From positions 11,446 through 75,445 of the forward strand of contig CALVLN010000006.1 of assembly GCA_944338165.1 (NCBI GenBank): 64,000 nt of DNA, written 5' to 3'. Positions within the stretch are counted from its first letter, which is position 1; every line of letters starts with the position of its first letter. Below, in pieces: positions 49,064 through 57,598 of this stretch. The notes under the pieces were generated by a model. It searched no databases and was not told the origin of the DNA. It saw nothing but the letters and a program-made list of their open reading frames with translations. The position numbers were made by a program, and so were the translations under genes. This DNA comes from an uncultured Clostridia bacterium. GTDB lineage: Bacteria > Bacillota > Clostridia > Christensenellales > Borkfalkiaceae.

Positions 49064-49115
49064 TCGCCGGGATCTTCGCGTATCATATACGGAAGTAAAA
49101 TTCGGGAGTGAGGTT

Positions 49116-50603
49116 ATGGCGATGAATACGCAGACGCAAACCTTCCGCGGCTTTTGCAGGGCGGGAGAACTCAACGCGCAGACGGCGGTGGAGTGCCGCT
49201 TCGGCGGGGAAGTGGAGACGGTCCTCTCCGTGCACGCGGCGGCGACGCTTTCAGGCGCGGAGGCAGAAGACGGCGCGGTCCGCTATTTCGGCAAGGTGCT
49301 CTTTTCCGTCGTCTACGAGGACGCGGAAAAGCGGGTGTGCCGCGCGGAGAAGGGTGTGGAATTTTCCGCCCGTGCGCAGGATGCATCCGTGACGCCCGCG
49401 CTCACGGTGCGGGGCAGCGTGAGCGCGGAGAACGTGACGGTCCGCCGCGAAGGGGCAAGCGTTTACGTCACCGCCCTGCTCGGCGCCGACCTGCGGCTGT
49501 ACGGCGAGCGGGAATTCGCTTACCTTACGGGGGGCGACCTCATTGCGCGGCGGGAGCCGGTGCGCGTGCTCTGCGCGCATTTATGCGGCGGGGAGACGGA
49601 GGCGGAGGACGAATTTGAGACGGACCTCATCGGCGACGTCCTCTTTCATGCGGAAACGGTCTTCTTGAGCGACGTCTCCTGCGAGGCGGGGCTCGTCCGC
49701 GCCGAGGGAGAGATCAATCTGGGCGTTCTCGCCCTGAAGGGCGGCAACGCGCTCGTCTCCTTTGAGCGCATGATCCCGTTCCGCGCCGAGATCCCCTGCG
49801 AGCAGGCGTCGGCATCCTGCAGGGCGGAAGTGCACGTGACCGTGGGCAACGCCGTCCTCAAGGCGGAGGCGGATGAAGAAAAGGCAACGTGCCGCATTCT
49901 CGTGCAGCTTTCCCTCGCCGTCGACGCGTGCGTATACGAGGAGGTGACGGTGGACGCCGTGACGGATGCGTTTGCCTCAGACCGCGTGCTGCGCCTTTCC
50001 CGTCTTTCCGCGGAGAGCCGCGGCGCAGGGGAACGCTTCCGCATCATCGAACGCATTTCGGGGAAGGCGGCGCTTTCTTCCGCGGTCGATTTTTCGGATA
50101 CGCTGCAGGCGGTCACGCTCAGCCGTGCCGAGGGATATCTCGCGGGTGAAGAGGGGGCGCGCCGCGCCGAGGGCGCGGTGATGGCGACGCTGCTCGTGCT
50201 CGGCGCCGACGGCAGCCATCGCGGCGTCGAAGTCAGCCTTCCCTTCTCCGTGCCCGTACAGGCGGAGGGGGAATGCCGCGTGAATGTCCTCGTTTGCGGC
50301 ATGTCCGCCCGCCAGCGGCGCGAAGGGGAGATCGAAGCGGAGGCCACGCTCAAGATCGCGCTGACGGGGGAGGCCGTGCTGCCGTTTTCGCTCGTCACGG
50401 CGGCGGAGGAGGGGGAAGCGATCGCGCGCAGCGACAGCGCCGTCAGCATCCTCATCCCCGATGCGGGCGACGGGCTGTGGGAGCTCGCAAAGCGCCTCGG
50501 CAAAGCGCCCGAGGAGGTCGCCGCATCCAATCCGGGGCTGGAGTTCCCCGTCAGGGAAGGGCAGAGGGTCATCATATACAGAAAAATGAACAGGTCGGTC
50601 TGA
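49116..50603 (+). CDS. DUF3794-like repeat protein with a C-terminal LysM domain (SipL/SpoVID-type spore morphogenesis candidate)
   Basis: C-terminus ILIPDAGDGLWELAKRLGKAPEEVAASNPGLEFPVREGQRVIIY is LysM-like. Position veg-X-ispE as in Clostridia. GGGAGTGAGG RBS. Confidence 0.65.
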   Translation: MAMNTQTQTFRGFCRAGELNAQTAVECRFGGEVETVLSVHAAATLSGAEAEDGAVRYFGKVLFSVVYEDAEKRVCRAEKGVEFSARAQDASVTPALTVRGSVSAENVTVRREGASVYVTALLGADLRLYGEREFAYLTGGDLIARREPVRVLCAHLCGGETEAEDEFETDLIGDVLFHAETVFLSDVSCEAGLVRAEGEINLGVLALKGGNALVSFERMIPFRAEIPCEQASASCRAEVHVTVGNAVLKAEADEEKATCRILVQLSLAVDACVYEEVTVDAVTDAFASDRVLRLSRLSAESRGAGERFRIIERISGKAALSSAVDFSDTLQAVTLSRAEGYLAGEEGARRAEGAVMATLLVLGADGSHRGVEVSLPFSVPVQAEGECRVNVLVCGMSARQRREGEIEAEATLKIALTGEAVLPFSLVTAAEEGEAIARSDSAVSILIPDAGDGLWELAKRLGKAPEEVAASNPGLEFPVREGQRVIIYRKMNRSV

Positions 50604-50637
50604 AAGAAAGCCGCGCTCAAAGCGCGGCTTTCTTTTT
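50604..50637 (+). terminator. intrinsic terminator
   Basis: AAGAAAGCCGCGCT-CAA-AGCGCGGCTTTCTT followed by TTTT. Confidence 0.85.
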
Positions 50638-50697
50638 TGCCGTGGTTGCGCATCGGGGGCAAATGTGGTACAATAAAAGAAAAACCGAGGGGAGTGT

Positions 50698-51591
50698 ATG
50701 GCAGTCCGCATCAAAACGTATGCAAAACTCAATTTTACGCTCGAGCTGCGCGGGAAACAGGGGGGATATCACCTCCTCGATTCCCTCGTCTGCACCGTCG
50801 ATCTGTGCGATGAGGTGACGGTGCGCCGCCGCCGCGACGGCAACGTGACGCTGAAAAGCCGCGGTATGGGCAGCGAATATATCTCCGAGGCGGAGAACAA
50901 CGCCGTTCGCGCCGCGCGGGCGTTCGCGGAGACGTTTCATACGGGCGGGGCGGATATCTGCATCGATAAGAATATCCCGATCGGCGGCGGCATGGGCGGA
51001 TCGTCTGCCGATGCGGCGGGGGTGCTTCGCGCCATGGCAAAATTGTACGGGATCGCGGACATGGATAGGCTCAAGTCACTTGCCGATTTGCTCGGCAGCG
51101 ATACGGGGTACCTGCTTACGGGCGGGCTGTGCCGCCTGCGCGGGCGCGGCGATCGGGTGGAAAAGCTGGGGGCATGTCCGAAGCTTCATTTCCTCGTGCT
51201 CTGCCCGGAGGGGGGCGTGTCCGCGGCGGCTTGTTACGCGGCGGCGGACAGACTCGGGTCGGGCAACGCTTCCGCCGGGGCGACGGATCGCGCGGCAGCG
51301 GCGCTCGCGTCGGGCGATCTTGCCGCCTTCGGGAAGGCACTTTCCAACGACCTTTTCCCCGCGGCGGCGTCTCTTTCCGCGTCTGCCGCGGAAGCGCTTG
51401 CGGCGGCGCGTTCCTTTTCTCCGCTCGGCGCGGCGATGACGGGCTCCGGGAGCGCGTCCTTTGCGTTCTTTGAAACGCGGGAATTGTGCGAGTGGGCCAG
51501 GAGCCGTTACCGCGGCCCCGCCCGCGCGTTCTGCGTGAGCACCGTCGATCCCTCGGCGCGCAAGCCGCTCTTCCGCAGCCCCTTGGGCTGA
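50698..51591 (+). CDS. ispE: 4-(cytidine 5'-diphospho)-2-C-methyl-D-erythritol kinase
   Basis: AKLNFTLEL, HLLDSL and the GHMP motif PIGGGMGGSSADAA. Confidence 0.9.
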   Translation: MAVRIKTYAKLNFTLELRGKQGGYHLLDSLVCTVDLCDEVTVRRRRDGNVTLKSRGMGSEYISEAENNAVRAARAFAETFHTGGADICIDKNIPIGGGMGGSSADAAGVLRAMAKLYGIADMDRLKSLADLLGSDTGYLLTGGLCRLRGRGDRVEKLGACPKLHFLVLCPEGGVSAAACYAAADRLGSGNASAGATDRAAAALASGDLAAFGKALSNDLFPAAASLSASAAEALAAARSFSPLGAAMTGSGSASFAFFETRELCEWARSRYRGPARAFCVSTVDPSARKPLFRSPLG

Positions 51592-51721
51592 GCGAAGAAG
51601 AACGCCGCCTGTAAAAGAAAAAATTTTTTCCAAAGGTATTTACAAATGCACGGTTATCCTGTATAATATGCCGTGGAAAACGATTGCGGGATAATTCCCC
51701 GCGGGTAAGGAGGATATTTAC

Positions 51722-52465
51722 ATGAAACTTATTTACCAAGGGGTCGGCAAGCGGGTCTACCGCGACGGCGACACGCTCATCAAGCAGTTCGACGAGACGT
51801 ATTCGAAGGCGGACATCCTCAACGAGGCGCTCAACCAGGCGCGCGTGGAGGAGAGCTGCTCGCTCAACATCCCCAAATTCCTCGGCATGGAATGCGTCGA
51901 GGGCAAGTGGTCGCTCAAGTGGGAGTTCATCGAGGGCGATACGCTGGAACAGCTCATGCAGAAGCACCCCGGGAAGATGGACGAGTATCTCGAGTTCTTC
52001 GTCGACCTTCAGATCAAGGTGGGCAAGGAGAAGGTGCCGCTTCTGACGCATCTGCGCGATAAGATGCACGCCAAGATCTCCGCGAGCGCGTATCCTGCCA
52101 GCGTGCGGTACGATCTGCACGTGCGGCTGGACGGGCTGCCCCGCCATAACAAGCTCTGCCACGGCGATTTCCAGCCCAGCAACATCATCATCACCAAGGA
52201 CGGTACGCCCTATATCATCGACTGGGCGCATGCGACGCAGGGGAACGCCTCGGCGGATGCGGCGCGGACGTACCTTCTCTTCAAACTGCACAAACAGGAC
52301 GACCTTGCGGAGAAGTATCTGCGCCTCTTCTGCATGAAGACGGATACGGCCATTCAGTACGTGCAGAAGGTGCTGCCCATCGTGGCGGCGTCGCAGTCGG
52401 TCAAGCGCAAGCCCGAAGAGGCGGAATTCCTCGCCCAATGGGTCAACGTCTGCGACTGGCAGTAA
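51722..52465 (+). CDS. aminoglycoside/choline-kinase-like phosphotransferase family protein
   Basis: Catalytic loop LCHGDFQPSNIII and IDW. About 247 aa. TTTACA-17-TATAAT promoter upstream. Confidence 0.8.
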   Translation: MKLIYQGVGKRVYRDGDTLIKQFDETYSKADILNEALNQARVEESCSLNIPKFLGMECVEGKWSLKWEFIEGDTLEQLMQKHPGKMDEYLEFFVDLQIKVGKEKVPLLTHLRDKMHAKISASAYPASVRYDLHVRLDGLPRHNKLCHGDFQPSNIIITKDGTPYIIDWAHATQGNASADAARTYLLFKLHKQDDLAEKYLRLFCMKTDTAIQYVQKVLPIVAASQSVKRKPEEAEFLAQWVNVCDWQ

Positions 52466-52478
52466 GTTCAGGCAAGAT

Positions 52479-52512
52479 CCGCCCGAAGGAAGCGTTCCTT
52501 CGGGCGGTTTTT
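52479..52512 (+). terminator. intrinsic terminator
   Basis: CCGCCCGAAGGA-AGCGT-TCCTTCGGGCGG followed by T5. Confidence 0.85.
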
Positions 52513-52543
52513 CGTTTTCGCGGCGGAAACTGACGCAAAAAGA

Positions 52544-52814
52544 TTGACAAGCGCGGCAGGATCTCCTATAATGAAAGAAAAGGCGTTGACCGAGACAGAC
52601 GCATCCGCAGTTTCCGGGCAGAGAGGGGGATCCGCCGGCTGAAAGGTCCCCTGCGGGAAGGGTGCGGTATTCCCTCGCGAGCCGCTCCGCCGAACAGAAC
52701 TTCAAGCGGGGCCGCAGCCTCCCGTTACGGGGCAATGAGGCGCGCTTCGGCGCGCGAAGATAGGTGGTACCGCGGACCTTCCGCCCTATGCGTCGGCATA
52801 GGGCGTATTTTTTT
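52544..52814 (+). promoter_or_regulatory. promoter plus Phe-specific T-box leader with terminator, upstream of pheST
   Basis: TTGACA (52544-52549), 17 nt, TATAAT (52567-52572). Stem I GCAGAGAG/GCTGAAAG. Candidate specifier UUC followed by A at 52701-52704. T-box core AAGATAGGTGGTACCGCG (52757-52774). Terminator CGCCCTATG/CATAGGGCG plus T-run (52782-52814). Confidence 0.88.
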
Positions 52815-52830
52815 GCGGAAAGGAGGAATT

Positions 52831-53850
52831 ATGCAGGATCTCAAGACGATACGGGAGGAGGCGCTCTCGGCGGCGCGGCAGGCGCCGTCGTCGCGCGCGC
52901 TTTACGAGGTGAAGATGCAATACCTCGGCAGAGGGGGCGCCGTGACCGCGCTTCTGAAGGGCATGAAGGACGTCCCGCCCGAGCAGCGTCCCGCCTTCGG
53001 CAAACAGGTCAACGATCTGCGCGCCGCGCTGGAAGCTGCGTTTGAAGAGGCGGAGAAGGCGCTCTCTGCGCGCGAGCTCGGCGAAAAACTTGCCAAGGAG
53101 CAGGAGGACGTGACCATGCCCGGGAGAAAGCGGGCGGTGGGGACGCTTCATCCCGTCACGCGCATGAAAAATCAGCTTATCGATATCTTTGCGGGCATGG
53201 GGTTTGAGATCTTCGAAGGGCCGGAGATCGAAAATCAGTATTATAACTTCACGGCGCTCAACACGCCGGAGGATCACCCCGCGCGCGACATGCAGGATAC
53301 GTTTTATCTTTCCGAAGAATTCCTGCTGCGCACGCAGACGAGCGCGGGGCAGATCCGCCTCATGGAAAAAAAGAAGCCGCCCATCAAAATGCTTTGCCCG
53401 GGGCGCGTGTTCCGTTCGGATGACGATGCGACGCATTCGCCCATGTTTCACCAGATGGAGGGGCTGGTCGTCGACCGCGGCGTGACGCTGTGCGATCTCC
53501 AGGGCATGCTCGACGAATTTGCGCGCGTCATGTTCTCCGAACACAGCAAGACGCGCCTGCGCCCTTCCTACTTCCCGTTCACGGAGCCTTCCGTCGAGGT
53601 GGACGTCTCCTGCGCGGCATGCGGCGGCAAGGGCTGCCCGCTCTGCAAGGGAACGGGCTGGATCGAGGTCTTGGGCGCGGGCATGGTCAACCGCCGCGTG
53701 CTGGAAAACTGCGGCATCGACCCCGACGTATACACGGGTTTTGCCTTCGGCATGGGCGTCGAGCGCATCGCCATGCTCAAATACGGCATCAACAACATCA
53801 AGCTGTTCACGGAAAACGACGTGCGTTTCCTCGAACAGTTCAAGGATTGA
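52831..53850 (+). CDS. pheS: phenylalanine--tRNA ligase alpha subunit
   Basis: [18 protein letters not shown]...FHQMEG and [14 protein letters not shown] motifs. AGGAGG RBS. Confidence 0.95.
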   Translation: MQDLKTIREEALSAARQAPSSRALYEVKMQYLGRGGAVTALLKGMKDVPPEQRPAFGKQVNDLRAALEAAFEEAEKALSARELGEKLAKEQEDVTMPGRKRAVGTLHPVTRMKNQLIDIFAGMGFEIFEGPEIENQYYNFTALNTPEDHPARDMQDTFYLSEEFLLRTQTSAGQIRLMEKKKPPIKMLCPGRVFRSDDDATHSPMFHQMEGLVVDRGVTLCDLQGMLDEFARVMFSEHSKTRLRPSYFPFTEPSVEVDVSCAACGGKGCPLCKGTGWIEVLGAGMVNRRVLENCGIDPDVYTGFAFGMGVERIAMLKYGINNIKLFTENDVRFLEQFKD

Positions 53851-53863
53851 GGAGGAGACGGAC

Positions 53864-56263
53864 ATGGTAGTGCCTTTCAGCTGGTTAAAGGAATATGTGG
53901 ATATCGACGTTTCCGCGGAAGCGCTGCAGGAAAAGCTGTTCTCCTGCGGGTTTGAAGTCGAGCAGCTCACCTATCTCGGCAAGGACGTGACGGGCGTATA
54001 TACGGGGAAGATCCTCTCCGTGCAGAAACATCCCGATGCCGACCGCCTTCTCGTATGCGAGGTGGATTGCGGCGAGCTCGGAAAAAAACAGATCTGCACG
54101 GCGGCGACCAACGTATTCGCGGGCGCCGTGGTGCCCTGCGCGCTCGACGGCGCCTGCGTGCTGCATGAAGGCGGCGTGCAGAAGATCAAGACGGGGAAAC
54201 TGCGCGGGCAGCTCTCCGAAGGCATGTTCTGTTCGGGCGAGGAGCTCGGCATCAACGACGATTTTTACGAGGGCGCGGAGGCGGACGGGATCCTGATCCT
54301 CGATGCGGATACGCCCGTGGGGACGGACATCCGCCCCGTCGTCGGCATCGACGATTATCTCTTCGACATCGCGGTCACCGCCAATCGCCCCGATTGCCAG
54401 AGCGTATTCGGCATGGCGCGGGAGATCTCGGCGCTGCTTTCCCGCCCGCTGCGGGCGCCCGATTGCTCGTATACGCCGGTCCCGACCAAAATCAGCGTGC
54501 CCGTTGCCGTGGAGGAGCCGGCGCTCTGTCCCCGGTACGTGGGGCACTTCGTCGCCGACGTGAAGGTGGGGACGTCTCCGCGCTGGCTGCGCCGTCGGCT
54601 TGCCCTGTGCGGGCTGCGCTCCGTGTCTGACATGGTGGACGTCACCAACTACGTTTTGCTGGAACTCGGGCAGCCCATGCACGCGTTTGACCTTAACTTC
54701 CTGCATGGGAGGAAGATCGTCGTCCGCCGCGCGAAGCAGGGCGAAACGATCACCACGCTCGATGAAAAGCAGTTTACGCTCTGCCCCGAAAACCTGCTCG
54801 TCTGCGACGGCGAACGGGGCGTCGCCCTCGCGGGCGTCATGGGCGGGCTGAACAGCGAGATCAAGCCGGATACGCAGGCGGTATTCTTCGAGGCGGCTAA
54901 GTTCGCGCGCGACAGCGTGCGCCGCACTTCCCGCTCGCTCGGCCAGCGCAGCGATTCTTCCGCCCGTTTTGAAAAGGGCGTGGATGCCTGCACGTGTCCG
55001 TTTGCCATGGACCGCGCGCTGCATCTCGTCGAACGGCTCGGCTGCGGCAAGCCGACCGCATACCGCGCCGACGTATGCAATGCCGACCTTACGCCCAAAC
55101 AGATCGTCACCTCGTTTTCCGCCATCGACGCGCTGCTCGGCATCCGCGTCCCGCGCGAGGAAGCTTGCGCCATCCTCAGCCGTCTCGGGTTTCAGCCGCA
55201 GGCGGAGGGGGACTCGCTCACCGTCACCGTGCCGCTTTACCGCGAGGACGTGGAGGCGTATCCCGACCTTGCGGAGGAGATCATCCGCATGTACGGCTAC
55301 GGGCACATCGTGCCCACCTTCCTCGCCAATACCACCGTCACGCACGGCGGACTGACGGCGGCGCAGAAGCAGGAGCTCAAATTCAAGAATACGCTCAAAG
55401 AACAGGGATATCTGGAAGCGCTCAACTATTCGTTTTACTCTCCCAAGGAGTTCGATCTTTTCCGTCTGCCTGCGGACGCGCCCGAACGCCGCGCCATCCG
55501 CATCCTCAACCCCATCGGCGAAGACCTGTCCGTCATGCGCACCCTTCTCGCGCCGTCCATGCTGGGCAACGTGGTGCGGAACGTGCGCCGCGGCAACGAA
55601 TCGGGCAGGCTCTTCGAACTTGCCAACGTCTATCTCTCGGACGCGCTCCCGCTCAAAGACTTCCCCGAGGAACGCCGCCACGCCGTGCTCGCGCTGTGGG
55701 GAGAGGGGGATTTCTTCGATCTGAAGGGTGCCGTGGAGGCGCTCGGCGAAGCCTTCGGGCTGAAGCTCGCCTTTGAGCGCGCCGAACGCCCGTATCTGCA
55801 TCCCGGCATCACCGCGGCGGTGAAGCTCGGCGAACGGACGGTAGGCGTGCTCGGCGAACTGCACCCGTCCGTGGCGCAGGAACTTGCCCTCGAAAGAAAA
55901 GTGTATCTCGCAGAGCTCGATTACGCGGCGATGGAACCCGCGTTCGCGCAGGACGTCGCGTTCCGCGCGCTGCCTCGTTTCCCCGCCGTGCAGCGCGATC
56001 TCGCCGTCGTCGTCGGCGAGGAGGTCACCTGCGCGCAGATGACGGCGTGCATCCTCCGCGCCTGCAAGGCGGTGAAAAGTGCGGAGCTGTTCGACGTGTA
56101 CCGTTCGGCGCAGATCGGCGATGGCAAAAAGAGCGTCGCCTTCCGCCTTACCTTTGAGGCGGACGAAAAGGCGGAAAAACCGCTTACTCCCGAAGCGGTC
56201 GACGGGTTCTTCCGCAAGATCGTCGGCAGCCTTTCCCACGTGCTCGGCGCCGCGCTGCGCTGA
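53864..56263 (+). CDS. pheT: phenylalanine--tRNA ligase beta subunit
   Basis: MVVPFSWLKEYVDIDVSAEALQEKL is the canonical PheT N-terminus. 799 aa. GAGGAGGAG RBS. Confidence 0.95.
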   Translation: MVVPFSWLKEYVDIDVSAEALQEKLFSCGFEVEQLTYLGKDVTGVYTGKILSVQKHPDADRLLVCEVDCGELGKKQICTAATNVFAGAVVPCALDGACVLHEGGVQKIKTGKLRGQLSEGMFCSGEELGINDDFYEGAEADGILILDADTPVGTDIRPVVGIDDYLFDIAVTANRPDCQSVFGMAREISALLSRPLRAPDCSYTPVPTKISVPVAVEEPALCPRYVGHFVADVKVGTSPRWLRRRLALCGLRSVSDMVDVTNYVLLELGQPMHAFDLNFLHGRKIVVRRAKQGETITTLDEKQFTLCPENLLVCDGERGVALAGVMGGLNSEIKPDTQAVFFEAAKFARDSVRRTSRSLGQRSDSSARFEKGVDACTCPFAMDRALHLVERLGCGKPTAYRADVCNADLTPKQIVTSFSAIDALLGIRVPREEACAILSRLGFQPQAEGDSLTVTVPLYREDVEAYPDLAEEIIRMYGYGHIVPTFLANTTVTHGGLTAAQKQELKFKNTLKEQGYLEALNYSFYSPKEFDLFRLPADAPERRAIRILNPIGEDLSVMRTLLAPSMLGNVVRNVRRGNESGRLFELANVYLSDALPLKDFPEERRHAVLALWGEGDFFDLKGAVEALGEAFGLKLAFERAERPYLHPGITAAVKLGERTVGVLGELHPSVAQELALERKVYLAELDYAAMEPAFAQDVAFRALPRFPAVQRDLAVVVGEEVTCAQMTACILRACKAVKSAELFDVYRSAQIGDGKKSVAFRLTFEADEKAEKPLTPEAVDGFFRKIVGSLSHVLGAALR

Positions 56264-56274
56264 AAGGAGGCGCC

Positions 56275-56496
56275 ATGAGCAGCGATCGCCTGGAAAAACA
56301 CACCGTGCTTTGCCCGCATTGCGGGCAGCCCGTCCTCGACCATATGACCAAATGCCCGCACTGCGGCGGGGAGCTCACGCCTGCGGGATATCAGCCGATG
56401 GACGAAACAAAGCTGAAAAAGATCAAGACGATCACGTTCATCGTCGGCATGGTCATCGCCGTCGCCGTGCTCGTCCTTTACTTCACGCTGCGCTGA
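56275..56496 (+). CDS. small zinc-ribbon protein with a C-terminal TM helix
   Basis: CPHCG..(12)..CPHCG, then TITFIVGMVIAVAVLVLYFTL. AGGAGG RBS. Confidence 0.6.
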   Translation: MSSDRLEKHTVLCPHCGQPVLDHMTKCPHCGGELTPAGYQPMDETKLKKIKTITFIVGMVIAVAVLVLYFTLR

Positions 56497-56544
56497 GCGG
56501 CAAAAAATCGTTAAAAAGCCGCAAAAACAGGCCGTTCTACTCCG

Positions 56545-56633
56545 GGTAGAGCGGCTTTTTTGCGCGGTAGAGCGTCGGTTTTCGGGGTAGAACGGGGGAG
56601 GCGGCAGGTAGAAACGCCCCGCGCGCAAGTAGC
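56545..56633. repeat. five GGTAGA-type direct repeats phased at 20-21 bp
   Basis: GGTAGA at 56545, 56566, 56586 and 56607, and AGTAGC at 56628. A degenerate AATAGG at 56649 abuts the -35. Confidence 0.6.
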
Positions 56634-56654
56634 GGCGTCCGCACGGGGAATAGG

Positions 56655-56683
56655 TTTACTTTTTTGCCCCGCAGCCATATAAT
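56655..56683 (+). promoter_or_regulatory. sigma-A-type promoter for the hemolysin III-family gene
   Basis: TTTACT (56655-56660), 17 nt, TATAAT (56678-56683). Confidence 0.55.
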
Positions 56684-56736
56684 AACGGCGTAGACAAAAA
56701 GCGCCGCGGCCTGGCATGCGGCAGGGAGGAAGCAAC

Positions 56737-57471
56737 ATGGAACGGACGATCGCGGGATATCTGCCTGCCCCCGCGCAGGGGGAGGCGGCTCCGAGAAAAC
56801 AGGAAAAGAAACAACGGTCAAAGCAGACGAAGGGATTTTCTTCTTTCTATACGAGGGGGGAAGAGATCTTCAATGCGGTGTCGCACATCGTGGGCGGGGC
56901 GTTCGGGCTGCTCGTCGCCGTGCTCGGCGTGCTTTACGCCTATCCCGATGCGTCGCACGTCGCGGCGATGCTCGTCTTTGCGGCGAGCGTGGTCGTGCTC
57001 TATACCATGAGCGCGCTCTATCATTTCCTGCCCGACGGGCGGGCGAAGGGCGTGTTCCGCATCTTCGATCACTGCACCATCTATCTGCTCATTGCGGGCA
57101 CGTATACGCCCTATTGCGTCATCGCGCTCGGCGGCACCGCCCTCGGCACGGGCATCCTCATCGCCGAATGGGTGTTTGCGGCGGCGGGCATCGCCATGAA
57201 CGCCGTGGCGATGAACAACAAAGTCGTCAAGGCGCTCTCCATGGTCATGTATCTCGCCATGGGCTGGGCGATCGCGGTAAGCTTCCGCGCGCTTCTGCAG
57301 GCGCTCTCACCGCTGAGCTTCTGGCTGCTTTTGGGCGGCGGGCTCGCCTATACGTTCGGCATCGTCTTCTTTGCGCTCGGACGCAAGGTACGCTACTTCC
57401 ATTCGGTGTGGCACCTCTTTGACGTGCTTGGCACCGTGCTTCAGTTTGCGAGCATCCTGCTTCTGCTGTAA
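56737..57471 (+). CDS. hemolysin III / PAQR-family membrane protein
   Basis: EEIFNAVSHIVGG, SALYH and FDHCTIYLLIAGTYTP motifs. 7 TM. Confidence 0.85.
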   Translation: MERTIAGYLPAPAQGEAAPRKQEKKQRSKQTKGFSSFYTRGEEIFNAVSHIVGGAFGLLVAVLGVLYAYPDASHVAAMLVFAASVVVLYTMSALYHFLPDGRAKGVFRIFDHCTIYLLIAGTYTPYCVIALGGTALGTGILIAEWVFAAAGIAMNAVAMNNKVVKALSMVMYLAMGWAIAVSFRALLQALSPLSFWLLLGGGLAYTFGIVFFALGRKVRYFHSVWHLFDVLGTVLQFASILLLL

Positions 57472-57483
57472 CGGCGGCAGCAG

Positions 57484-57519
57484 GCGGGCAGATTTTTGCA
57501 GATCTGCCCGCTTTTTTTC
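57484..57519 (+). terminator. intrinsic terminator
   Basis: GCGGGCAGAT...ATCTGCCCGC followed by T7. Confidence 0.85.
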
Positions 57520-57598
57520 TGCATTCTCTTGAAAAATCACACGGGGTATGGTAAGATATAGGCAGACATCGTTGTCAGAAATTCAGGAGAAGCCATAC

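Noticed and set aside
51116-52735. 539-aa minus-strand ORF
   Set aside because: Runs antisense across ispE, an intergenic promoter, the kinase gene and the Phe T-box. Arg/Pro-rich.
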